Assembly: GCA_963765765.1 (NCBI GenBank)
Contig: CAVXYC010000030.1
Coordinates: forward strand, 32,001-96,000
DNA: 64,000 nucleotides
Direction of reading: 5' to 3'
Origin: an uncultured Chloroflexia bacterium
GTDB taxonomy: Bacteria > Chloroflexota > UBA6077 > JACCZL01
Shown here: one piece after another, positions 1-9,113 of the stretch
How the letters are laid out: each line of letters starts with the position of its first letter
How positions within the stretch are numbered: position 1 is the first letter of the stretch
Made by a program: the position numbers and the translations under genes
Notes under the pieces: model-generated
What the model was told of the DNA's origin: nothing
The model's database searches: none
What the model saw: the letters and a program-made list of their open reading frames with translations, nothing else

Positions 1-822
1 CCCGTGATCGCCGGCGAGCGCCTGAGCTGCTTCGCCCTGACGGAGCCGGGTGGTGGCTCGGATGCCACGAATATTCAGACGATGGCCGTGCGGGATGGCT
101 CGGGCTGGGTCATCAACGGGCGGAAGATCTTCATCTCCAACGGCAGCGATGCCGACTTCGCGATCATATTCGCGGTGACGGACAAGGAGAAGCGACATCG
201 CGGCGGCATCACCGCGTTTCTCGTGGATCGAGAGATGGGCTGGTCCAGCACGCCCATGAAATTCATGAGTGCGTGGGCCGCGGCGGAGATTGAGCTTGTC
301 GACGTCCGCGTCCCGGATTCGGCGGTGCTGGGCGAAGTAGGCGGCGGATTCGATCTGGCGATGCGCTGGATCGGAAACGGTCGCATCCAGATACCGGCGC
401 GGTCCGTTGGCACAGCCCAGCGCTTGCTGGAGATGGGCATCGACTTCGCCCGTCAGCGGGTTGCCTTCGGGTCGCCGATCGCTGATTACCAGGCGATCCA
501 GTGGATGATCGCTGACAGCGCCATCGAGATCGAACAGGTCAAATGGGTGACGCTCCACACCGCCTGGAAGGCCGACACAGGCGCCGACGTGCGGCATGAC
601 CAGTCGATTGCCAAGATCAGCGGCGCTCAGATGGTCTGGCGGGTGGTCGATCGTGTCATGCAGATCCACGGGGGCACAGGATACACGCGCGATCTGCCGA
701 TTGAGCGGATCATGCGCGAAGTGCGGGTGCTGCGCATCTTCGAAGGCACGGATGAGATCCAGAAGCGCACCATCGCCCGGAACCTCATTCGCGGCCACGT
801 CCCTGTGAATTCGTGGGATTGA
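1..822 (+). CDS. Acyl-CoA dehydrogenase (5' partial, starts before the window)
   Basis: Motifs FALTEPGGGSD, INGRKIFISNG, RVAFGSPIADYQAIQ, QIHGGTGY, RIFEGTDEIQ. Confidence 0.95.
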   Translation, partial: PVIAGERLSCFALTEPGGGSDATNIQTMAVRDGSGWVINGRKIFISNGSDADFAIIFAVTDKEKRHRGGITAFLVDREMGWSSTPMKFMSAWAAAEIELVDVRVPDSAVLGEVGGGFDLAMRWIGNGRIQIPARSVGTAQRLLEMGIDFARQRVAFGSPIADYQAIQWMIADSAIEIEQVKWVTLHTAWKADTGADVRHDQSIAKISGAQMVWRVVDRVMQIHGGTGYTRDLPIERIMREVRVLRIFEGTDEIQKRTIARNLIRGHVPVNSWD

Positions 823-1256
823 TATCCGCAGATTTACGCAGATGAACACAGATTATTTAGGGGTTAGAACGAGGCGTTTGTACTGGAGGCTTGGCGTGCC
901 GAAGTTGAGAAGAACGGCGCGCTCAAGACGTGTGATTCGAAGATAATTAATCACCTGGGCAGCCTCGATGCCGGTAAGCGCCTGGAGCGCCTTGCACTCC
1001 ACCAGGACCATCCCGAAGCACACGAAGTCTGCGCGATAGTAGCTCGGAAGCACGCGGTCTTTGTAATGGACCGGCAGCAGCTTCTCTCGCTCGAATGGAA
1101 TTGCCTGTGCGGCAAACTCGACGCTCAGCGCATCCTGGTAAACGGCCTCAAGAAAACCGTGACCCAGCTCACGATGCACTTCCATCGCGGCGCCGATCAC
1201 AGCGTAAGTCTCTGAATCCCTCTCTATCTGTGTAAATCTGCGTGAATCTGCGGATA
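823..1256. mobile_element. Putative minimal GxxExxY element: one nuclease ORF between 31-bp inverted repeats
   Basis: 823-853 TATCCGCAGATTTACGCAGATGAACACAGAT vs reverse complement of 1226-1256 TATCCGCAGATTCACGCAGATTTACACAGAT (28/31); lies between two convergent stop codons. Confidence 0.7.
853..1227 (-). CDS. GxxExxY protein (PD-(D/E)XK nuclease-like, PDDEXK_3)
   Basis: IGAAMEVHRELGHGFLEAVY (GxxExxY), YRADFVC, VECKA, AQVINYL, LLNFG; frame open upstream of GTG 1200 through ERDSETYA to ATA at 1227; start uncertain. Confidence 0.9.
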   Translation of the reverse strand: MERDSETYAVIGAAMEVHRELGHGFLEAVYQDALSVEFAAQAIPFEREKLLPVHYKDRVLPSYYRADFVCFGMVLVECKALQALTGIEAAQVINYLRITRLERAVLLNFGTPSLQYKRLVLTPK

Positions 1257-1258
1257 AC

Positions 1259-1673
1259 TCAGCGTGGGCGAAAGCGAGGGCAGCGTCATGGAGTCGGTCA
1301 CGTCATCGTAGACGACTTGCACCGGGATGCCCACGCGGACGGCTTCGGGCGTGGGGTCCACGTCGACCAGATTGGTCAGCATGCGGGCCCCCTCCTCGAG
1401 CTCGATAAGCGCGACGACATAGGGGACCTCGGCGCCAAAGGCCGGATTGGGATGTCGATGTGGGATGGTGAACGCGTGCACCACGCCACGACCTGAGACG
1501 GGCATCCAGACGAGCTCCTCGGACATGCAGCTCGGACACAAAGACCGCGGGTAGAAGATGTACTGCCCGCAGCCGCCACACCGCTGGATCTGCATGGCGT
1601 GCGCCTTGACGCTCTCCCAGAACGGGGCGGTGACCGGGTCTGGAGTGGGGAGCGGCTTCGTATAGTCGGCCAT
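1259..1673 (-). CDS. DUF35 Zn-ribbon/OB-fold acyl-CoA-binding protein (ChsH2 C-terminal-like)
   Basis: CGGC...CPSC Zn ribbon, PYVVALIELEEGARMLTN; removing one C near 1279 restores the typical ...TLPRFRPR* end at 1259. Confidence 0.9.
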
Positions 1674-1675
1674 GG

Positions 1676-2834
1676 CTAGACCCTCCCGAGAATGGCTGTG
1701 CCGGTAGCCGAGAGCACGCCACCAGTACCGTGAACCAGCCCGATCCGCGCGTCCTTGACCTGACGACTCCCCTGGTCGGCGTAATCGTGTCGGAGCTGCC
1801 GTACCGCCTCGATGAGCAGGAAGATCCCGAACATGCCAGGGTGCGTGTAGGAGAGCCCGCCGCCGCTCGTATTGAGCGGGAAATCTCCGCCGGGCGCCGT
1901 GCGTTGGCCGCTGACGAACGCCCCGCCCTCGCCCTTTGCGCAGAAACCCAGGTCTTCCAGACTGAGGAGCACCGTGTAGGTGAACGAGTCGTAGACCTCG
2001 ACTACATCAATGTCATCGTGCTTTACGCCGGCCATGCTAAAGGCGCGCGGAGCGGAGATGCGCCCCGGCCCATGCGTGAGGTCCGGGCATCTGGCTGATC
2101 ATCGAGTGGTCATGGCCTTCGCCGAACCCCAGCACGGCGATCGGCGTGCGCGGGAGATCCCGGGCGCGCTCCATGCTGGTCAGCACGACGGCGCCGGCAG
2201 CGTCCGTGACCAGGCAGCAGTCCAGCAGGTTGAACGGCCAGGTGATCATGCGCGAGGAGAGCACATCCTCGATTGTGAGAGGCTCCCGCATCAAGGCCTT
2301 GGGATTGAGCGTCGCCCACGCGCGGGTGGCAACGGCGATCTCGGCAAGCTGCTCCTTCGTTGTTCCGTACTGGTACATGTGTCGGCTACAGGCCAGGGCA
2401 TACGAGCCTGCCGGGCTGGGAATGCCATACGGCTCCTCGAACTGGGACCGCAGGCCACCGGAGCGCATCCCCGGCATCCCAACTCGCGACTTGCCGCTTT
2501 CACCATGAGTGATGAGTGCCACGTCGCACAGTCCGTGGGCAATGGCCAACGCGGCGTGACCGACGTGAATCACGAAGGATGAGCCGCCCACGCTCGTGCT
2601 GTCGGTGTAGCGTGGTTGGATGCCCAGATATTCGGCGATCTCGACGCTGGCAAACCCACCGCCCAGCGCGGACGAGAAGACCCCGTCCACATCACGGAGC
2701 GTCAGGCCAGCGTCACGTAGCGCATTACGGGCGGCTTCTGCCTGAAGCTGGACTGCCGGCTTATTCGGGATGATCCCGATCTCGTCGGACTCGTCGACGC
2801 CGACGATCGCGACCTTGCCTGAAATCTCGCTCAT
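1676..2834 (-). CDS. SCPx/Ltp2-type thiolase-like protein (frameshift about 2086)
   Basis: VAIVGV N-terminus, DCCLVTDAAGA, EVYDSFT, NTSGGGLSYTHPG; two ORFs join if one base of the G run at 2085-2087 is removed. Confidence 0.9.
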
Positions 2835-3811
2835 GGCTCAGCGTGCGGCGATTCCCAGAAGCGCCGTCCTCCGCCGAGGTCCGTCCAAGGACCTTCTTCG
2901 TGCTTGTTCCAGACGTTCATGAAGGTACTCCCCGTTGGCGGCTGGAGATTCTTACCAAGCGTCTCTGGGAAAATACGCGCAAGCTCATTCGCATCCCACC
3001 GCCCGGTCGACTGGACGGCGCGCACCGCCGTCGGTTGCTGCAGGATCCCGTAGCTGTAGCCCTGTGAGTAAAACGTCTGGCCGGTCACCTCCGCCGCGGC
3101 GTCGCTGGAGAGGTAGACGACCAGGGGCGCTACGTTGTCGGGGTCACGCTCTGTGCCGATAGCCAGCTCACTGGGCCATTTGCCGGTCTCTTCGAATACT
3201 TTCTTTCCGCGCGGGGTGGTGTCGGTCATGCGGGTGGCGGCCGTCGGAATGATGGAGTTGGCGGTAACGCCGTAGCGTCCCATTCCGAGCGCGGTGGACC
3301 ACATCAGGCCCATGATGCCAGCCTTCGCAGGGCCGTAATTCGGCTGGCCGGCGCTGCCCAGCGCGGCGGGTGACGACATGCTAATCACCCGACCGTTCTG
3401 CTGCTCCCGCATGTGGATGCAGGCCGCTCGGGTGCAGTTGAACGAGCCCTTGAGGTGGACGGCCACCACCGCGTCGAACTCTTCCTCGGTCATGTTGAAG
3501 ATCATGCGGTCGCGCAGGATGCCGGCGACGTTGACCAGGATGTCGATCCGACCGAACGTGTCCACTACCTGCTGGACCATCGCCGTGGCGGCGTCGAAAT
3601 CGGCCACGGAGTCGTAGTTGGCCACGGCCTGGCCGCCGGTGACTTCGATCTCGTCAACCACTTGTTGCGCCGGTGACCGTTCTTCGCCTTCGCCCGTGAG
3701 GTGAACGCCGAGATCGTTGACAACCACGCGGGCACCCTCGAGCGCCAGTGCTATAGCGATCCCGCGACCGATGCCACGCCCGGCGCCGGTGACCAGCGCC
3801 GCTTTCCCATC
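2831..3811 (-). CDS. Short-chain dehydrogenase/reductase (3-hydroxyacyl-CoA dehydrogenase-like)
   Basis: TGAGRGIG, VVNDLG, NVAGILRD, YGPAK; start uncertain within 3811-3847. Confidence 0.9.
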   Translation of the reverse strand, partial: DGKAALVTGAGRGIGRGIAIALALEGARVVVNDLGVHLTGEGEERSPAQQVVDEIEVTGGQAVANYDSVADFDAATAMVQQVVDTFGRIDILVNVAGILRDRMIFNMTEEEFDAVVAVHLKGSFNCTRAACIHMREQQNGRVISMSSPAALGSAGQPNYGPAKAGIMGLMWSTALGMGRYGVTANSIIPTAATRMTDTTPRGKKVFEETGKWPSELAIGTERDPDNVAPLVVYLSSDAAAEVTGQTFYSQGYSYGILQQPTAVRAVQSTGRWDANELARIFPETLGKNLQPPTGSTFMNVWNKHEEGPWTDLGGGRRFWESPHAEP

Positions 3812-3911
3812 TAACATTCCCACCATAATCCTCCAGACGAATGCCACCCTCTGCGTGCGTTGAATGAGCTCTTATACGGCCCGTTCCGCCATGATGCCTC
3901 CCGGTCGCTGA

Positions 3912-4391
3912 CTATGCCTCGAGATAGTGGCGCCCTATCCACTCCGAGACGAGCGCCGGCTTCTCCGAGCCCTCGATCTCCACCGTGTGCTGATAGGTGA
4001 GCTGCGCTATATCCGGGCCGGGCTCTTCCACATTGACCAGCTTGCTACGCAGTCGGATGCGCTTACCCACGGGGACCGGCGAGACAAAGCGCACGCGGTT
4101 GAGGCCGTAGTTCACGCTCATCTTGCTCTTGAGGCTGATCTTGATGCCTTCCATCTCCCGGCCTAGCAGCAGGGTGAGCGAAAGCGTCAGGTAGCCGTGG
4201 GCGATAGTGCCACCGAACGGGCCCTTGGCCGCGCGCTCCGGGTCCACGTGGATCCACTGATGATCGCCGGTAGCATCCGCGAAGGCGTTGACCCGCTCCT
4301 GGGTCATCTCGAACCACGGCCCCACGCCCAGCTCCTGTCCCACCAGGGGCTTGGCATCAGCGACCGATTCAACGACGCGCGACTCAGGCAT
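3912..4391 (-). CDS. MaoC-family (R)-enoyl-CoA hydratase
   Basis: FADATGDHQWIHVD, TIAHGYLTLS, NYGLNRVRF; RBS GGAGGAG. Confidence 0.93.
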   Translation of the reverse strand: MPESRVVESVADAKPLVGQELGVGPWFEMTQERVNAFADATGDHQWIHVDPERAAKGPFGGTIAHGYLTLSLTLLLGREMEGIKISLKSKMSVNYGLNRVRFVSPVPVGKRIRLRSKLVNVEEPGPDIAQLTYQHTVEIEGSEKPALVSEWIGRHYLEA

Positions 4392-4436
4392 GTTGCTCCT
4401 CCGGGCGTTCTCGGTTTACCCCTGCGGGTTCCAGGT

Positions 4437-4482
4437 AATCAAGCGATCGATTGATTCTAGGGAGCGTCGTCGGCTGAGTCAA
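4437..4482 (-). promoter_or_regulatory. Sigma70-type promoter for the maoC-SDR-thiolase-DUF35 operon with an overlapping palindromic operator
   Basis: Minus strand TTGACT (4482-4477), 17 nt, TAGAAT (4459-4454); near-palindrome AATCAAGCGATCGATTGATT at 4437-4456. Confidence 0.7.
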
Positions 4483-4599
4483 TCTTCTGTTGCTCGGCAT
4501 TCAACGCGTGAACTCGACGCGGCGGAATCGTACGGCGAAGGCCCGCGCCTGCGAAGTCAGATCCAGTCGCAGGGGAGTGTCGTAGGGCACGCGAAGGCT

Positions 4600-4619
4600 A
4601 ATCAATCAAACGCTTGACA
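4600..4619 (+). promoter_or_regulatory. Second operator copy overlapping a TTGACA -35 upstream of the acyl-CoA ligase
   Basis: AATCAATCAAACGCTTGACA matches the reverse complement of the 4437 palindrome at 16/20. Confidence 0.6.
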
Positions 4620-4699
4620 GAGTGGCTTACTTTGCGTAATCGTTATCCAGCGCAGATTTAGCCGTCTGAGCGGCTCGAGAGATTGCTCGAGGAGGGTGC

Positions 4700-6248
4700 A
4701 TGCCTGTTCCCAACTTCTGGACGCGAGCTGAAGCGGATCCTGCACCACGTGGCGATCATCGATCCCGCGGGGCGGGAGGTGAGCGCCGGCGAGCTTCTCG
4801 TCAGCGTGAACCAGGTGGTTCACGGACTCCGTGGGCTAGGACTCGAGCCGGGAGATTCCATCGCCGCGATGCTCCCCAACTCAATCGAGGCGTTTGAGCT
4901 GCAGCTCGCCATCATGCAAGCCGGCTGGTACATGACGCCGATTAACTATCATCTGGTCGGCCCGGAAGTCGCCTACATCGTCAACGACTGCGAAGCCAAG
5001 GCGTTCTTCGCCCACGCGCGCTTCGCGGAGGCGGTTCAGAACGCCGCCCCGGAGCTCAATGTGTCCGCTCGGGGGCGCTTCTCTGTGGGGGAGATTGCCG
5101 GGTTTCGCGCGTACGGCGAGCTGAAGTCGGGCATGCCCACGACGCGGCCCCAGGCCACTACGGCCGGCCGCATGATGATGTATACGTCTGGTACGACCGG
5201 TCGCTCCAAGGGTGTTCGCCGCCCGTTGCCGACTCTGGCGCCAGACGAATTCGAGGGCTTTTCCACGGGCCTGCAGCACTATCGGATCGCGCCTGCTCCC
5301 GACCACGTCCACCTTCTCGCCTGTCCCTGGTATCACACTGCCCCAAACGTGATGGCCTCGGCGTCGCTCCATCTGGGCCACACCCTGCTCGAGATGGATA
5401 GGTGGGACGCCGAGCATGCGCTGGCGCTGATCGAAGAGCGGCGCGTCACCCTCTCGCACCTCGTTCCCACGCAATTTGCCCGGCTGCTGGCGCTGCCCGA
5501 TGAGGTTAAGTCCCGCTATGACTTGTCCTCGTTGCGCAACATCATCCACGGGGCCGCGCCGTGCCCGCCAGAAGTCAAACGTCGGATGTTGGAATGGTGG
5601 GGGCCAATCATTTACGAGTACTACTCGTCCACTGAGGGTGGCGGGACGGTCGGCTTTCCCGAAGATTGGCTGTCCCGACCAGGGACGGTGGGCAAGCCCT
5701 GGCCTGGGGCGGAGATCGTCATCCTGGACGATGACGGCCAGCCGCAACCGCCGGGCGCGGTGGGGACCGTGTGCTTTGTGGGCTCCGGGGGACCGTTCCA
5801 GTATTTCAAGGATCCGGAGAAATCCAGCCAGGCGCGGCGCGGAAAGTACACGACCGTCGGGGACATCGGCTACTTCGACGAGGACGGGTTTCTCTTCCTG
5901 TGCGATCGCAAGGCCGACATCGTGGTCTCCGGCGGTGTGAACATCTACCCGGCGGAGATCGAAGCCGTGCTCATCACACATCCGCGCGTCGTAGACGTCG
6001 GGGTCTTCGGCGTTCCTAACGCGGAGTGGGGCGAGGAGGTCAAGGCGGTCATCGAGCTGAATCCGTCGGACACGGGCTCGTCGGATCTCGCGGACGAGCT
6101 GCTGCGCTTCTGCGAGGGCAAGCTCGCCCGCTTCAAGCTCCCCAAATCATTCGAATTTACGAACCAGCTTCCGCGTGATCCAAGCGGCAAGCTCTACCGT
6201 CGCAAGCTTCGGGAGCCGTACTGGGCTGCCCTGCCGAAATCGATCTGA
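4700..6248 (+). CDS. Acyl-CoA synthetase / AMP-binding enzyme (frameshift about 4742)
   Basis: YTSGTTGRSKG, YYSSTEG, GDIGY, SGGVNIYPAEIE, PSGKL; RBS GAGGAGG before ATG 4700, whose frame (MPVPNFW...) shifts into the long ORF. Confidence 0.93.
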
Positions 6249-6410
6249 GGTGCGCAAAAGAGGAGCAGTGGAGGCACTGCGCCACGTTCAGAATCAACTG
6301 GTGAAAGGGATCCAATCGGCTGTCTTTGATCCATCGTGAGTGCCCCGGTCCGGGTCCGTGTGATCGTCGCGTAGGGACGATCAGTCTCATCGTTCGATGG
6401 GAGGTTCACT

Positions 6411-8149
6411 GTGTCTCGATCGTCTGGTATCCGCCGCTTCGTGCGGCTCGCGGGGTGTCTCGGCGCTGTCGCGCTCACGGCATGCTCCGGCGCGGCTCCG
6501 GCAGCATCGCCAACTGCATCGAAGCCCGCCACCACCGCGCCCGTCGCGGCGTCTAAGAGTGAGCCCGCCAATCCGGCAGCCGTCCCGCCGGTAGCTGAGA
6601 ACCCGCCTGGCCAGCCCACGGTACAGAGGCTCGTTATGAGCCTGGTAGGTCCCGGGCGTGAGAGCAATGACGTCCGCTTGGACGGGAACCTGGACGTCTG
6701 GCAGCACAAGCCGATGTACGAGTATCTCATCGGCTACGACCCCCAGACGGGCAAGTACATCCCTCAGCTGGCCACGGAGTGGGCTCTCGAGCCGGACCAG
6801 CTCTCGTTCCGAATGAAGCTCAGACCAGGCGTGCAGTTCCATAAGAACATGGGTGAGTTCACCGCCCGGGACGTCGTCTTCACCTGGCAGGAGATGAAAA
6901 AGGACGACACCCTGAATGGCTGGGTTCCCTGGTATCAGAACACTGTGACGGATATCGAGGTCGTCAACGACCACGAGGTGGTCTTCCACCTCAACCGGGA
7001 GGACAGCAATTTCGTCAATATCCTCTCCGAGGCTGATGCGGGCTTCGAGATCCGCAGCAAGGCCCACGCGGACGCCATGGGTGCCCCCATGATGGAAGGA
7101 CAGCCGTACGCCGGAACCGGCCCTTATCAGTACAAGGAGCGGGTGCAGGCTCAATACATTCGCTACGAGCGTGTGCCGTACCAGCACTGGCGCGTCCAGA
7201 CCGCGTATCCGGAGTTCGAGTATCGCTTCCAGCGAGAGGCTTCTACACGACTCGCTGGTCTCCTGGCCGGCGAGTTGCACCTGGCTCAGCTTCCCCAGGA
7301 TCTCCTGGCCGAGGCGGAGAAGAAGGGCTTCACCTCTATAAGCAGTAGCCTGCCCGGGCTGCGGGCGTTCATCCAGACCTATTGTTGCCAGGTTGTGGAC
7401 CCAGCGGATCCGACCAAAGGCTATCAGGCCACGGGCTCACCGCTCCTGGATGGGCGCGTTCGAATGGCGCTCAATAAGGCAATCAATCGCGACGAGCTCA
7501 ATAAGTCACTCCTGGCCGGTAAGGGTGAGCGGATGATGATCCAGGCTCATCACCCCAGCCGGCCCGCTGGGACCCCGGTTGGGAGCAGCGCTGGCCGGAG
7601 CTCTACGGCTACGATCCAGCGGCTGCGCGAGCCTTGCTGGCCGAGGCCGGATATGGGCCTGGAAAGCCAGTGCCAACCAATATTCTCATGGAGCCACAGC
7701 CGTCCATTCCGGCCGCCGAGGATATGCTGGAGGCGATTGCCGGATACTGGCGAGCCGTTGGAGTTCAGCCGGAGCTTTTGCAGGTGGATCCTACGGAGAT
7801 CCGGAACGCGGCTCGGCAGCGGAAATACACCAACCACTTCTCCATGCGGTCGAGCAACGGCGCGATGTACACCACCATCAACGGGTTCTTCCTGATCGGT
7901 GGCTCTCGGTCCAGTTATTTCGAGGATTTCGATCTGGACACGGCGGTGAACGCCGCGGTGAGCACGTACGACGAGAAGAAGCAGGATGAGGCCTGGCGGC
8001 AGGCTGGCGAGGTGATGTTCTCACGCCACTCGCACATTCCACTTTTCTGGATTCCCGCCCAGATCGTCGCCAATCCGAAGGTGGTGTCCGAATACATCTT
8101 CCCGGGAAACGTGAGCGGGACGTGGTCGCACGTCTACACGATGAAGTAG
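6411..8149 (+). CDS. ABC family-5 (peptide/nickel-type) substrate-binding lipoprotein (frameshift about 7563)
   Basis: Lipobox LTAC, Ala/Pro linker, PQLATEW, GTGPY, RVRMALNKAINRD; collinear with the intact paralog at 9114. Confidence 0.9.
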
Positions 8150-8328
8150 GTCCGGATGGGGTGGAGCTGTCTAACGAGCACCGCGCTGCTTGGACGGCTC
8201 CACCTAATCCGGAGGCACGCAGTCCTGACGCCGCCGCACGGTCGGCCGGCTCGCCGCGGCTTACAGGCAAGTACATAGAATAGTGGAATGGACGTGAGCT
8301 CCGTGGAGACTCGTGAAGGCAGAGCGTC

Positions 8329-8928
8329 GTGAAGAGCAGTACTGAGCGCGATGCCCCGGTCAGCCGACTGAATCAGATACGTCAGGCCGCGCGTCAGCAC
8401 TTCGCTGCTCGCGGTTATGAAGCGGCTTCCATGCGAGACATCGCGGCGGAGACCGGGATCAACATCGCCACGCTGTACTTCTACTGCTCCACGAAGGAGC
8501 AGCTTCTGTTCGACGTGCTCCAGGAGGCGATGCTCGACCTGCTCAACGGGTTTCGGTCAACGCTGGAAACGGCCGGGCCTACCTGGACGGATAAGCTGAC
8601 CGCCGCCATCGAATTCCACGTTGGGTTCTGCGCTGAGCGGGCGTTCGGTACCACCATGAGCATGGCCGACCTCCACCGCCTCACGGACGAGCATCAAGCG
8701 GAGCATTTCGCCGCGCGTGATGAGTATGACCGGGAGCTTCGGGCGGTCCTCCAGGAGGGCATCGACGCCGGTGAATTCCGGCCGCTGGACGCCAAACTCG
8801 TGACGTTTGCCATCATCGGAATCGGCTTGAGCGCAGGCCGTTGGTATCGTCCCAACGGCCCGTTGACCCCAAAGGAGATTGCCGCTCAGTACGTCGACAT
8901 GATCCTGGGTGGGCTAACTCCCCGATAA
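8329..8928 (+). CDS. TetR-family regulator (KstR2/PaaR-like)
   Basis: HTH FAARGYEAASMRDIAAETGINIATLYFY; C-terminal GIDAGEFR...WYRPNGPLT. Confidence 0.92.
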   Translation: MKSSTERDAPVSRLNQIRQAARQHFAARGYEAASMRDIAAETGINIATLYFYCSTKEQLLFDVLQEAMLDLLNGFRSTLETAGPTWTDKLTAAIEFHVGFCAERAFGTTMSMADLHRLTDEHQAEHFAARDEYDRELRAVLQEGIDAGEFRPLDAKLVTFAIIGIGLSAGRWYRPNGPLTPKEIAAQYVDMILGGLTPR

Positions 8929-9113
8929 GGCGCCGACCGCGTGGAGGCAAGTGGCATGGTGTCAGGATCCCCACTGCTCGGGTAACTGTTCAGATTCGCG
9001 CCATCCATCGTTTAAATCCTTGCGCCATCCTCATCGGCGCGCAATACTGGCCTCATCACGGTTCGGAGCCTCAGGCGCTCGATAGTTAGAGCGCGGTCCC
9101 GTGGGGGTGACCC

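Noticed and set aside
823-853. Decamer repeats as a CRISPR array
   Set aside because: Units are 10 nt, tandem, without spacers, and no cas genes are present.
1224-1260. DUF35 protein C-terminal extension (SLSPTLSYPQIHADLHR) running into the inverted repeat
   Set aside because: Probably an artefact of one extra base; correction gives the family-typical LPRFRP ending and a stop before the IR.
4881-5981. Long antisense ORFs (also 9645-10544, 17558-18361, 52975-53901, 58741-59388)
   Set aside because: They are shadows of real GC-rich genes on the opposite strand and carry no recognisable motifs.
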